From: an uncultured Anaerolineaceae bacterium
GTDB taxonomy: Bacteria > Chloroflexota > Anaerolineae > Aggregatilineales > Phototrophicaceae
Assembly: GCA_964592955.1 (NCBI GenBank)
Contig: CAZQIJ010000001.1
Location: forward strand, 1 to 40,206
Length of the DNA: 40,206 nt
Direction of reading: 5' to 3'
Shown here: one piece after another, positions 17,225 to 25,834 of the stretch
How the letters are laid out: each line of letters starts with the position of its first letter
How positions within the stretch are numbered: position 1 is the first letter of the stretch
Program-made: the position numbers and the translations under genes
Notes under the pieces: generated by a model
Database searches by the model: none
The model's input: the letters and a program-made list of their open reading frames with translations, nothing else
What the model was told of the DNA's origin: nothing

Positions 17225-17905
17225 TTACTGCACCAGGCGCATCACAGACAGCACACGCCCTTGGATACTGCACTGTTTGGCCTGGACGTAAATCGGATCC
17301 ATGGTGGGGTGGGCAGGCTGCAGGCGAACCCGTTCCGCATCCTCAAAGTAGATATATTTGAGGGTTGTTTCGCTGCGTTCTTCTAACCACACCGCGACCA
17401 TTTCACCATTGCGGGCTGTGGCAGTTTTGCGCAGAATCACGATGTCGCCGTCCTGAATCATGGCGTCGATCATCGAGTCCCCCTTCACGCGCAGCGCATA
17501 AACCTCTGACGGATCAATACCGTTGAGCATTGCCGGCGGCACATCAAAGGCGTTTTCGTCGCTAAGCGCCTGCTGCAGATCTTCCGGGACGGAAACCGGA
17601 TGCCCCGCCACAATCATCCCGATCAGCGGCACCTGCAGGAAATCTCCGGCGCGCACGGGTGAGCTTGTCCCTTTGCCAGGCAGCGCCTTAACCAGTTTAA
17701 GCCCGCGCGACTTGGTGGCTGTGCGCTGCAAATAGCCCATGCGCACCAGCTTGTTCAGATTGTAGTTAACAACCGAGGTAGAATTGATCCCGGTCGCTTC
17801 CCCAATTTCACGGATGGTTGGTGGAAAGCCGTTGCTGGTAATGTAGCGATCCATAAACCGGAGGATGTTCTGCTGTCTTTCTGAGAGTTTTTCGAACTTT
17901 TTCAT
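17225..17905 (-). CDS. lexA: SOS repressor LexA (S24 autopeptidase)
   Basis: wHTH 'FPPTIREIGEATGINSTSVVNYNLNKLVRMGYL', cleavage-site region 'IVAGHPV', catalytic 'VKGDSMIDA' Ser and 'VILRK' Lys. Confidence 0.93.
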   Translation of the reverse strand: MKKFEKLSERQQNILRFMDRYITSNGFPPTIREIGEATGINSTSVVNYNLNKLVRMGYLQRTATKSRGLKLVKALPGKGTSSPVRAGDFLQVPLIGMIVAGHPVSVPEDLQQALSDENAFDVPPAMLNGIDPSEVYALRVKGDSMIDAMIQDGDIVILRKTATARNGEMVAVWLEERSETTLKYIYFEDAERVRLQPAHPTMDPIYVQAKQCSIQGRVLSVMRLVQ

Positions 17906-17926
17906 GGTAAGCCCCGCTCACAAGGC

Positions 17927-17938
17927 GAATAACTGTTC
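17927..17938. promoter_or_regulatory. LexA operator (SOS box 2, imperfect), GAATAACTGTTC
   Basis: GAAT-N4-GTTC, one mismatch to the Cheo consensus. It lies just downstream of the lexA -10, around the predicted TSS. Confidence 0.5.
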
Positions 17939-17941
17939 TAC

Positions 17942-17971
17942 AGTATAAACGAACACTCGTTCTGGTGTCAA
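17942..17971 (-). promoter_or_regulatory. lexA promoter
   Basis: On the - strand: TTGACA (17971-17966), an 18 nt spacer, then TATACT (17947-17942). The spacer contains SOS box 1. Confidence 0.6.
17951..17962. promoter_or_regulatory. LexA operator (Cheo-type SOS box 1), GAACACTCGTTC
   Basis: A perfect GAAC-N4-GTTC palindrome (with flank: CGAACACTCGTTC) lies between the -35 and -10 of the lexA promoter. Confidence 0.75.
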
Positions 17972-17995
17972 ATTTCTCTTTGCGGGCTGCTTTCG

Positions 17996-18019
17996 GAATA
18001 CCGTTTCAACTCTTATAAT
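17996..18019 (+). promoter_or_regulatory. Candidate promoter of the gene divergent from lexA, with a weak SOS-like half-conserved box
   Basis: Perfect TATAAT at 18014-18019. No good -35 is present. GAATACCGTTTC (17996-18007) matches GAAC-N4-GTTC with 2 mismatches and occupies the -35 region. Confidence 0.35.
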
Positions 18020-18056
18020 TGGCGTATTGGCCCAGGATGTCTTCTTGGATGTGCGA

Positions 18057-19538
18057 ATGAGCGACGATATTTTTGACGAACTGAACGATGACGAATTAAC
18101 AGGCGTAGACCCGTTTGCAGATGTTACGGATGTGGATTCTGGCGCAGACCCGTCCTCAGGGGAACGCACCGTTGAGGAGTTTGAGGCGGAGCTTGAACGT
18201 CAGATACGCATCCTGTTAACACCGAAACAGAGCGTCGAAGCCCGTGTTGAAGCGGCCTACTGGTTGGGAGACTCCGGTGCCCCAAAAGCCATCAGGTCTC
18301 TGCGAACTGCCTATATGCGCGAGAAGAACCCGGAGATCAAATCTGCTGCCGAGTTTGCGCTGGGCCAGTTTCGCGCCCTGGATCAGGCCATTGTGCGCGA
18401 CGAAGGGGAGGCGGTTCAGGATGCGCTGGGCAGGGACGAGAACAAGTGGGTCATCGATCTGCTGAAAGAAATCGCCCTCTATGGACGCCGCACCAGGAAA
18501 CTGCGTGTGCCAGTGCGGGTTATGCTTATGCTGCAGGGGGTGCTGCTGCTCACTTTCGGTGGGTTGGTCGCCGCCAACCTGAGCATGGGAAACAACGCCC
18601 CTGGGGGGGAAATCTCCCAGATAGCGCCCCCTACCCCCGATACTGTGTCACCCGTGCGGAACGCACTTGCACAGGCCCAGGCCAACCTTGGTACTCTGCG
18701 GGCCGATGCCGAGGCGCTGGATGCTCAGCTTACGGCCAACGAACAGGGACAGCAGCTCTTCTGCGGCTATCCGTTCGTAAACCCGACCGCCGTAATAATT
18801 ACGCCGCAGGTGGAGAATGCGCCAGCCGCGCTGGCAGCGCTCACGCGCTACAACGATTTGCTCGCGCGCTACCAGGGTGCCAGGACCGGTTTCGACAATG
18901 CCTGTGGCGGAACCACAATCTTCATGGCCACCAGCGTGCGCGTGGCGGCGCAAACCGCGCTGGACGATGTGCTGGCTCAGATTCCCGCGCTGGAGACGGA
19001 ACTGGTGCAGGCTGTGAGCGACCTCGCTGCCAACCCTCCACCAGGGAACAATCTCCCCGGGACCCCAGGGGATAATGCCAGCCCGAACGAGACGCCCCAG
19101 CTTGTGCCAACAAACACGGAACTGCCAACCCTTGAACCAAGCCCAACACCGGGGCTTACGCAGCTTGAGATCAACAGCCACGCGGGTGCCATGCTGACCA
19201 TCATTGACGAAGCGCAGCGGCAGAACGCGCAGTTGCTTGAGTTCTGGACGAATGCCCAGAACGGCGATACCAGCGGCTGCCGTCAACTGCGCCCAGCCAT
19301 CCCGGAGAATTACCAACTGCCGGTACAGGACGGTATCCTGGTACCTGACCTGAAAGCCGCCACCGATAACGTGAATGGGGGGCTGGATCTCAGCCGGTTG
19401 GGTTGGGATCTTTTCACCGGCAACTGCCAGGCCGGCACAACCCTTGACGCGGCAGCAACCGGAATCAGCACTGCCGAAACGGCGCGCGGCCTCTTCGACC
19501 TCGCGTCGGCTGCCCTGAACCAACTTACCGGGCGCTAA
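18057..19538 (+). CDS. Single-pass membrane protein with an acidic/HEAT-like cytoplasmic N-domain and a duplicated Cys-pair extracytoplasmic domain
   Basis: HEAT/PBS-lyase-like repeat 'EARVEAAYWLGDSGAPKAIRSLRTAY..NPEIKSAAEFALGQF' and TM 'VMLMLQGVLLLTFGGLVAANL'. The ORF opens at TTG 18027, but the TATAAT at 18014 makes ATG 18057 more likely. Confidence 0.7.
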   Translation: MSDDIFDELNDDELTGVDPFADVTDVDSGADPSSGERTVEEFEAELERQIRILLTPKQSVEARVEAAYWLGDSGAPKAIRSLRTAYMREKNPEIKSAAEFALGQFRALDQAIVRDEGEAVQDALGRDENKWVIDLLKEIALYGRRTRKLRVPVRVMLMLQGVLLLTFGGLVAANLSMGNNAPGGEISQIAPPTPDTVSPVRNALAQAQANLGTLRADAEALDAQLTANEQGQQLFCGYPFVNPTAVIITPQVENAPAALAALTRYNDLLARYQGARTGFDNACGGTTIFMATSVRVAAQTALDDVLAQIPALETELVQAVSDLAANPPPGNNLPGTPGDNASPNETPQLVPTNTELPTLEPSPTPGLTQLEINSHAGAMLTIIDEAQRQNAQLLEFWTNAQNGDTSGCRQLRPAIPENYQLPVQDGILVPDLKAATDNVNGGLDLSRLGWDLFTGNCQAGTTLDAAATGISTAETARGLFDLASAALNQLTGR

Positions 19539-19563
19539 GCAGCGCGCTGGGTAACCCCGCAGG

Positions 19564-19603
19564 CGCGCGTTGATGCAGGGCTTGTTTTCTGCATCAGCGC
19601 GCG
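19564..19603. terminator. Long hairpin between convergent genes (overlaps the amidase stop codon)
   Basis: CGCGCGTTGATGCAG (19564-19578) pairs with CTGCATCAGCGCGCG (19589-19603), 15 bp with one G-U. The loop GGCTTGTTTT is T-rich. Confidence 0.55.
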
Positions 19604-20847
19604 TCGTACAAAGCCATATTCAGCAGCGTGTGGAGCAGGACATTTGCCCCAAGCACCACATGATCCCATTCGGTGAATTCGCGCGGATTATGGGCGACAC
19701 CCAGTGCGGATGGGATGAAGATCATACCAGACGGGGTGAAATCGCTCAGCATCTGCGCATCGTGCCCGGCATAGCTCACCATACGCGTCATGGACTGCAC
19801 ACCAATGCGATGCCCGGCATCTTCGATCATGTCCATCACCCATTCAGACATCGCGGCGGCTGGCATATGAATCACGCGCTGCGAAGTGACCGTGACATGA
19901 TGCAGGTGTGCACTATCCTCTGCCAGTGTCAGCAGCATCGCTTCCAGCACCTGAAGCGCATCTTCGCGCGGGTGACGGCATTCGATGGTCAGTTCTGCCA
20001 CCGAAGGGATGAGGTTAAATGCGCCGGGTTCCACCAGGATATTGCCACAGTTGAAGATCCCTTCGGGGTGATCGGCGCTTACCCGGTGGTGCGCTTCGAT
20101 GATAAAGGCGGCGGCAGCACGCAGCGCATCGCGGCGTTCATCCAGGCCCGCAGTGCCAGAATGCCCGGTTTCGCCGTGAAAGGTCAGCTTATAGGTGGTG
20201 CGCCCCACGATGCCGGTCACGATCCCAATGGGCACATCGCTGCGATAAAGCCTCGCCCCCTGTTCGATGTGCAGCTCGAGGTAACCCAGGATGCTGTCCG
20301 GATCACGCGCGGCCTTGTGTACATCGGACGGGCGAATGCCGGCACGGAACAGGGCGGCACGGAATGCGCCGTTATCGGCGTCACGATCCACCGGGTATAA
20401 AGGCGTCAGCTTGCCTGTAAGACCGCGGCTGCCGAAAAGCGACTGCCAGCAGCCTTCATCGTCTGTAAAGTTGATGGCCTCCAGATGGACAGGCAGCGCA
20501 ATCCCCGCCTCTTTGATGGTGCGCAGGCATTCGAGGGCGGCCAGAACGCCCACAGATCCATCGTACTTGCCGCCGTTCGGGACCGTATCCAGATGTGAAC
20601 CTACCAACAGCGTCCTGGCGTCGTCCAGCGGTGAAAGCAGTATTCCGCTGAGATTCCCGGCGTCATCGTCCCGCACCACCAGCCCGGCTTCGTCAATCTG
20701 GCTTGCATACCAGGCGCGCGCTTCCAGATCTTCGTTAGAAAGCGCCAGCCGGTTTACCCCGCCGCTGCCTGTTGCCCCAATCTTTGCCAGCGCTTCGAAA
20801 TCTTCGCGGAGTCGATCTGCATTAACACAAAGGGTTGAAAGTGTCAT
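19594..20847 (-). CDS. M20-family Zn-dependent amidohydrolase (allantoate amidohydrolase / N-carbamoyl-L-amino-acid hydrolase type)
   Basis: 'LLVGSHLDTVPNGGKYDGSVGVLAALE', 'FTDDEG' and 'HGETGHSGT'. The ORF opens at GTG 20880. The first ATG (20847) gives the N-terminus 'MTLSTLCVNADRLREDFEAL'. The start is uncertain. Confidence 0.85.
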   Translation of the reverse strand: MTLSTLCVNADRLREDFEALAKIGATGSGGVNRLALSNEDLEARAWYASQIDEAGLVVRDDDAGNLSGILLSPLDDARTLLVGSHLDTVPNGGKYDGSVGVLAALECLRTIKEAGIALPVHLEAINFTDDEGCWQSLFGSRGLTGKLTPLYPVDRDADNGAFRAALFRAGIRPSDVHKAARDPDSILGYLELHIEQGARLYRSDVPIGIVTGIVGRTTYKLTFHGETGHSGTAGLDERRDALRAAAAFIIEAHHRVSADHPEGIFNCGNILVEPGAFNLIPSVAELTIECRHPREDALQVLEAMLLTLAEDSAHLHHVTVTSQRVIHMPAAAMSEWVMDMIEDAGHRIGVQSMTRMVSYAGHDAQMLSDFTPSGMIFIPSALGVAHNPREFTEWDHVVLGANVLLHTLLNMALYDAR

Positions 20848-20942
20848 ACACCTTAAGCTGCTTCTCTGAATCTTTGTCACTGTGCGTAATTATATCGCGT
20901 GACAGAGCGTTACAGCAGTCCAATAGCGGTTCAGACACAGCG

Positions 20943-20969
20943 AGGGCCGTTCGCCTGGCGAATGGCCCT
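20943..20969. terminator. Hairpin downstream of the protease gene
   Basis: AGGGCCGTTCGC (20943-20954) pairs with GCGAATGGCCCT (20958-20969), 12 bp with one G-U and a 3 nt loop. There is no U-tract. Confidence 0.35.
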
Positions 20970-20995
20970 TACTGCAAACCTGTCTTGTGAACATT

Positions 20996-22654
20996 TCAGT
21001 CAATCGATATCAGAAAGACCACGATGTAGTTGCCGGTAGAGCTTCCCTCGTAACTGGACATGTAGAACGTCATGCTTTCGTAACCTGCATCCGCAGCCTG
21101 CGCGGGATCCAGCACCAGCATGGGGTCGCGGCTGTCCCCCTGTGTAACCCGGTTACCCCGCGCCAGGTAAAAATCTGTGAGGTCAATCGATTCTCCCCAG
21201 CAGAGATCAAGGTCGCCCGCGTCATCGCATTCGATGGGGTAACCTTCCGTGTCGGTAATGCCTTCACCATTCTCGATCGTGCTGATGAATGGATCCAGTT
21301 GGGATTCTGCCCCGATCATAAAGACCGCCAGCGAATTCCCAGAATCGATCACACTTTGTGTCAGCAGCACCGAAAACGGATCGCCCAGCCCATCCGCCGG
21401 GGTTACCGCCATGCCTTCCAGGATAAGGGCAAAGGTTCCAGCCATACCCTGGTAGCCACCCACCACCAACTGCATATCTGCCAGGCTGGCGCTGGACTGG
21501 GAAAATTCGACCTGCGCCGCGCGCGCGTTGCCTTCTATGGTGCCGAGATCACCTAGCTGAACGGCATAGGTGCTGGCGACGGACGCATCGTCATTGCAGA
21601 AACCGCTTTCGCCATCAGGATTAACGACCATCAGCACGGGGTCAAAATCCCGCGCGCCGATGACTGTTGCGCGATAGGTGAACCCAGAGCGCATCTGCAC
21701 AACGGTCACGCGTGTGCCGTTGGTAATGGCATCGCCATTATCGCATTCAAGGTTGATATCCGCTGCGCCGATGGCCGTGCTGCTGGTAGTGTCGGTCTCG
21801 TCTGGTTCGTCTGCCTGCGGGGTGTTTGGTGTTCCGGTAACAGTCGTCGTGCCAGATTCGATCAGCGCAAGGACGGTGGTGAAGGGTAGAATGCCGCCCA
21901 GCCTGCCGCCGGTGGCGCTTTCGGTGTTAACGGCCGTCGGAATGCCAACCGGCGCACCCTGACTGTTAACCGCCAGACCACCGCTGTTTCCTGGAGAGAT
22001 TTCGGCGTCGGTCTGGTACCAGACGGGCAGGCGGGTACCGTCGATTTCGCCGTTCTGGATGGTGGTGATTGTCCCCTGAATTTGCGCGAAGTAGCCATCG
22101 GCGATGGCCGGATAGCCAAAAATGTAGACGGTGTCGCCCCGTGCAACTTCGTCTGTGGACGTGTTGATGACATCGACAGCGGGGAGATCCAGGGAACTGG
22201 GCAGCACAATCGAACCGCTGTCGCTGCGGTTGATCTGTAGAATGGCAAAGTCCAGTTCTTCGAACACGGTTTGTGCTGTGGCATAATAACGAAGCACTGG
22301 CAGTTCATTCTGATCTTCCAGAATCAGGATGGCGAAGTCATCACCGCCTTCCACCACATGGGCATTTGTAAAGATCAGGCCGCTGCTATCCACGATGGTA
22401 CCTGTGCCTGTAGCGATGGCCTCCCCGTCACTGAATGTAACGATCTGCACGACGCTGGTGGCAAGCGCATCAATCACCGTTTTGTCAAGACGTTCGTCCT
22501 GTGCGAACGCCGCTGCGGGCAGCACTGCCAGCAGCAGGAACAGGACACCGAATGGGATGGGACGCAAGAGGAAAAACGGGCGGGAGGCAGGTACAGAGAC
22601 AGAACACACTGAATACATAGGAAGTACACTCCGTGTGGCTACAATTTGATCCAT
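20996..22654 (-). CDS. Secreted trypsin-like (S1/HtrA-type) serine protease with an acidic C-terminal domain of unknown family
   Basis: Signal/anchor 'FGVLFLLLAVLPAAAFA/QDE' and the catalytic triad context 'FTNAHVV', 'DFAILIL', 'SPGNSGGLAV'. About 260 aa of unassigned C-terminus follow. An alternative start is ATG 22618. Confidence 0.85.
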   Translation of the reverse strand: MDQIVATRSVLPMYSVCSVSVPASRPFFLLRPIPFGVLFLLLAVLPAAAFAQDERLDKTVIDALATSVVQIVTFSDGEAIATGTGTIVDSSGLIFTNAHVVEGGDDFAILILEDQNELPVLRYYATAQTVFEELDFAILQINRSDSGSIVLPSSLDLPAVDVINTSTDEVARGDTVYIFGYPAIADGYFAQIQGTITTIQNGEIDGTRLPVWYQTDAEISPGNSGGLAVNSQGAPVGIPTAVNTESATGGRLGGILPFTTVLALIESGTTTVTGTPNTPQADEPDETDTTSSTAIGAADINLECDNGDAITNGTRVTVVQMRSGFTYRATVIGARDFDPVLMVVNPDGESGFCNDDASVASTYAVQLGDLGTIEGNARAAQVEFSQSSASLADMQLVVGGYQGMAGTFALILEGMAVTPADGLGDPFSVLLTQSVIDSGNSLAVFMIGAESQLDPFISTIENGEGITDTEGYPIECDDAGDLDLCWGESIDLTDFYLARGNRVTQGDSRDPMLVLDPAQAADAGYESMTFYMSSYEGSSTGNYIVVFLISID

Positions 22655-22707
22655 TTTAGCACAGCACGGAGTGCAGTGGACGACGATGCGGGCGGTGCGA
22701 CGCCGCG

Positions 22708-23352
22708 TTACTCGGCGTCGCTAATGCGCTGCTCGAAGCGGGCCAGGGCGTCCTGAAGCTGCTGCTGGCGCAGGCTGGAGGTGAGATCGCCACGTGTGCG
22801 CTCCAGCACACCGCGTACAACATCCGTCTGACGGCGCAGCCCACCCGTGATGGCATCTGGAAAGTCGAAGGCGACAAGTTCATCATAGATGGCGTCCATC
22901 CAGGCGAGCAGGCGTTCGGCCTCAGCGCTGTGTGCATCTTCCTGGCGCATGATGTCCAGGATAAAGCGCCGCAATTCCGTTGCCGCCTCGGCCATTCCCA
23001 ACAGGTACGTTGCCGGTTCCATTTCCAGCGCTTCGGGGGTAGGCAGGGGCAGACCGCGAATAACCGCGTAGGTGAGATGTGCCTCAACGACTTCTTTGAA
23101 GGCATCCTGGGTGTAGCCGCTGTAATAAAGATCAGGATGCGCCGCGATACCTTCGCGGTAGGCCTGCACCGCCTCGCGGATCAGGCCGAGTTTTACCTGT
23201 GCGGCGTCCCACTCCCGGCGATGAACGGCACGTATGCACTCCGAGCAGTGGCGTATCAGTTCCCGCGAGCGTGCAATAGCGGCATCGCGTGCGGTGTTCT
23301 TCTCCGTGAGGATGCGGCGCAGCGTGACAACGATGGGGTCAAGGTCTTGCAT
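22708..23352 (-). CDS. Translin-family protein (bacterial homolog)
   Basis: Family-like pattern along the whole length: 'ARSRELIRHCSECIRAVHRREWDAAQ', 'QDAFKEVVEAHLTY', 'YLLGMAEAATELRRFILD', 'GGLRRQTDVVRGVLERTRGDL'. Recognised from memory of the Pfam Translin profile, not searched. Confidence 0.65.
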   Translation of the reverse strand: MQDLDPIVVTLRRILTEKNTARDAAIARSRELIRHCSECIRAVHRREWDAAQVKLGLIREAVQAYREGIAAHPDLYYSGYTQDAFKEVVEAHLTYAVIRGLPLPTPEALEMEPATYLLGMAEAATELRRFILDIMRQEDAHSAEAERLLAWMDAIYDELVAFDFPDAITGGLRRQTDVVRGVLERTRGDLTSSLRQQQLQDALARFEQRISDAE

Positions 23353-23355
23353 AGC

Positions 23356-23682
23356 CTACTCCGTATCGGGTTCGTCTGATTTGATGTTGTTGAAGAGCTG
23401 GTCAGCCAGCGTCACCGGTTTGGGTGGCGTCGAGATTTCGCCGTGTTTGGTCTCAAAATTGCCAATATTCTGCCCAAGCGCACCCAAAAACAGTTTGGCA
23501 TTGGCCGGGGTCATGGCGATGCGCGAGACAACGCGGGCGCGCGGATCGTTGGGCATCACCTGGACGAAATCCAGAATCATCTCGCTGTGTGTGTGGCTGA
23601 CGATCACGACGTTGGCGTACAGCGTTTGCATGTTGGCCGGAATTTCCAGGCGCAGTTGCGCTTTCTGTGGGGGCTGCTGCAT
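23356..23682 (-). CDS. DUF3467-domain protein
   Basis: 'LYANVVIVSHTHSEMILDFVQVMPNDPRARVVSRIAMTPANAKLFLGAL' matches the remembered DUF3467 core. It is 5 nt and 3 nt from its neighbours. Confidence 0.7.
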   Translation of the reverse strand: MQQPPQKAQLRLEIPANMQTLYANVVIVSHTHSEMILDFVQVMPNDPRARVVSRIAMTPANAKLFLGALGQNIGNFETKHGEISTPPKPVTLADQLFNNIKSDEPDTE

Positions 23683-23687
23683 GTCAG

Positions 23688-25817
23688 TTACTCCTGTAGT
23701 GAGAACAGGGTGTTGCCAGCGACGGCAAAGAGTGTACTCGCGCCATCTGTGGCCACACCGCTAAGGGCAGAAAATGGTTCATCGTCAAAGACGCGGTAAA
23801 TGCCGCGCCGCATACCGCCCAGCGTCACTTTGTAAATGGTGCGCGTGTTGCGGTCTGTGATGTAAATCGCCTGATCCACCGGATTCGTATCCAGATACAT
23901 CGACTGCGCGCTGCGGATTTCCTGCCCAACCGGGAAATCTGTGACGAGGAAATTCGGGTCCAATTCGCCGCTGTTGTAGCTGCGCAGGCTGCCATCGCTG
24001 GAGAGGATAAACACGTTGCCGGTGGGCGGGCTGTCGATGCCGAAATCTACCGCCTCGTTGATGTTGGTGCGGTTCTGCCCTTCAAAGTAGCCGCTTGGGG
24101 TGTTGCTGTATGATCCCCCTTCGCGCAGGTAGCGCCAGATCTGGTTCGCGCCGGGATCGAGAATATACATGCGCCCTTCGCGTATCCAGATCTGCATGGC
24201 GACCGGGGTAACCCAGCTTTCTGAGCCGCGCAGCGTTTGGGCGGAGCAGTCCTGCGTGAGGCGTCGTTCACAGCGCACCAGCGTGCCATTGGCAGACAGG
24301 GCATAAATGGCGTTGTCGAATTCGGAGAAAGCGATATCGATGATGATGCCGACGGGGAAATCATCGACAGTAGCCCCCGTGCTCATGTCTGGGATAGGTG
24401 TGGGCGTGCGGGCCAGGGTGCCGTTTTCCAGCCGCGTATGGTACACACGCTGGCCCTCTTCCACCTCTGCCAGCAGATACATATCCTCGCCCTTCAGAAT
24501 TACGCGCCTGATCTGGCCAGACAGCGAATAAAGGGCTGTGGCTTCCCGGCGCGAAACCTGGTTGATCTGATCAATAATGCCCTGGCCTTCACGGATAACG
24601 GCAGCGCTGCTCAGATCGCCGGGGCGCAAACGCTGGCATTCCTGTGCCTGGGCGATCACGGCATTCCAGGCAGTTACTGTGCCAACCGGATTGCTGGACG
24701 GAACATCGCGCGCGACCAGGACAACATCGTTGGTGGACTGGATGCAGATCTCAAACTGGCTTTCTCCGGTGCCAGACAGCCATAAGCCGACCACGATCAT
24801 GACGATGACGACGGGCAGCAGCACTGCACTGCCCGTGGCCACCGGCAGCGTGAACCAGGGGCGTTTGCCATCCGGCGGTGCGCCGAAGTAGTGTTCGATG
24901 GTCTTATTCACAACAGAAAGTGTGCTGGCCAGACGTCCGGCTGCGGCCCCTGCGCTGATCTGCGTCTGTTTCGCAATGACCGCGCCGGTGCGCCCCAGCC
25001 CACGCCTTGTCTTCTGGCTCTGCGCCTCGGCTTCTTTGGCGCGTTTCCTGCTGCTTTGGGCGCGCTGTGCGTCCATGACGGCACTTGTGGATTCGCCTTC
25101 GGGGACCGATACCGGCAGCGCGACAGGCGCTTCAGGCGGCACAAACTCGATGGCAAGCAGCGTTAGCTGAAGTTTTGCCAGCTCTTTGAATGCCACCAGG
25201 ACGGCACCCACATCCTGCTGACGGAGCGCATCCCTGATCTGGTGGGTGGGGAACTCTGCAAGGTTTGCATCGCTTAGCACCAAACGCGAGCCGACTGCAA
25301 TTTTGTGGCGCGTCAGCTTAACATCCGCTGTGGATTGTACACCCAGGGGCGCACCATACAGCGCTTCGTCATTCGTCAGGTCAGCGGGCAGGGTTTCGAG
25401 CTGCTCGCCGGTCATCAGAAGGATAATGCCAGAACCAACCCTGCCAACAATCAGGTCACTGCCGCGCAGCACCGCACACACGATATTGGCCTCGTAGGTG
25501 CGGGTTCGTGTGGTGCGGTTGTGTTCCAGCAGGTTTTCGTTCAAATGCGCAAAGACGGCGCGCATGGCAGCCGTTACACTGCCGCCGCTGTCGAAGTACC
25601 GCTCTGCGCTGAGATGCGCCATCTGTTCGTAAAAGGTTGCTGGTGCAACGGCATCGCCGGAGGGCAGGACGAGGGCAAAGAAGGTGTCTGTTTCGCGCCC
25701 GCGCGCCGCTTTCAACGGTGCGACTTCGACGAGAGCCCCGGATGGCGGTGCGCTGATGGAACGCCCACCCACCACATAGAGGTGCCCGACTAATGCTTCA
25801 TACTCAAACGGCGGCAT
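23688..25817 (-). CDS. Membrane protein: degenerate PP2C-like cytoplasmic domain, one TM, extracytoplasmic beta-propeller-like repeats
   Basis: The N-domain resembles PP2C strands ('DTFFALVLPSGD', 'NIVCAVLRGSDLIVGRVGSGIILL') but lacks the DGxGG/GDSR acidic motifs. TM 'AVLLPVVIVMIVVGLWL'. The C-terminus has repeated blades ('AIYALSANGTLVRC', 'MYILDPGANQIWRY', 'VFILSSDGSLRSY', 'AIYITDRNTRTIYKV'). Confidence 0.75.
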   Translation of the reverse strand: MPPFEYEALVGHLYVVGGRSISAPPSGALVEVAPLKAARGRETDTFFALVLPSGDAVAPATFYEQMAHLSAERYFDSGGSVTAAMRAVFAHLNENLLEHNRTTRTRTYEANIVCAVLRGSDLIVGRVGSGIILLMTGEQLETLPADLTNDEALYGAPLGVQSTADVKLTRHKIAVGSRLVLSDANLAEFPTHQIRDALRQQDVGAVLVAFKELAKLQLTLLAIEFVPPEAPVALPVSVPEGESTSAVMDAQRAQSSRKRAKEAEAQSQKTRRGLGRTGAVIAKQTQISAGAAAGRLASTLSVVNKTIEHYFGAPPDGKRPWFTLPVATGSAVLLPVVIVMIVVGLWLSGTGESQFEICIQSTNDVVLVARDVPSSNPVGTVTAWNAVIAQAQECQRLRPGDLSSAAVIREGQGIIDQINQVSRREATALYSLSGQIRRVILKGEDMYLLAEVEEGQRVYHTRLENGTLARTPTPIPDMSTGATVDDFPVGIIIDIAFSEFDNAIYALSANGTLVRCERRLTQDCSAQTLRGSESWVTPVAMQIWIREGRMYILDPGANQIWRYLREGGSYSNTPSGYFEGQNRTNINEAVDFGIDSPPTGNVFILSSDGSLRSYNSGELDPNFLVTDFPVGQEIRSAQSMYLDTNPVDQAIYITDRNTRTIYKVTLGGMRRGIYRVFDDEPFSALSGVATDGASTLFAVAGNTLFSLQE

Positions 25818-25834
25818 CGCTGATTTCCGTTGGG

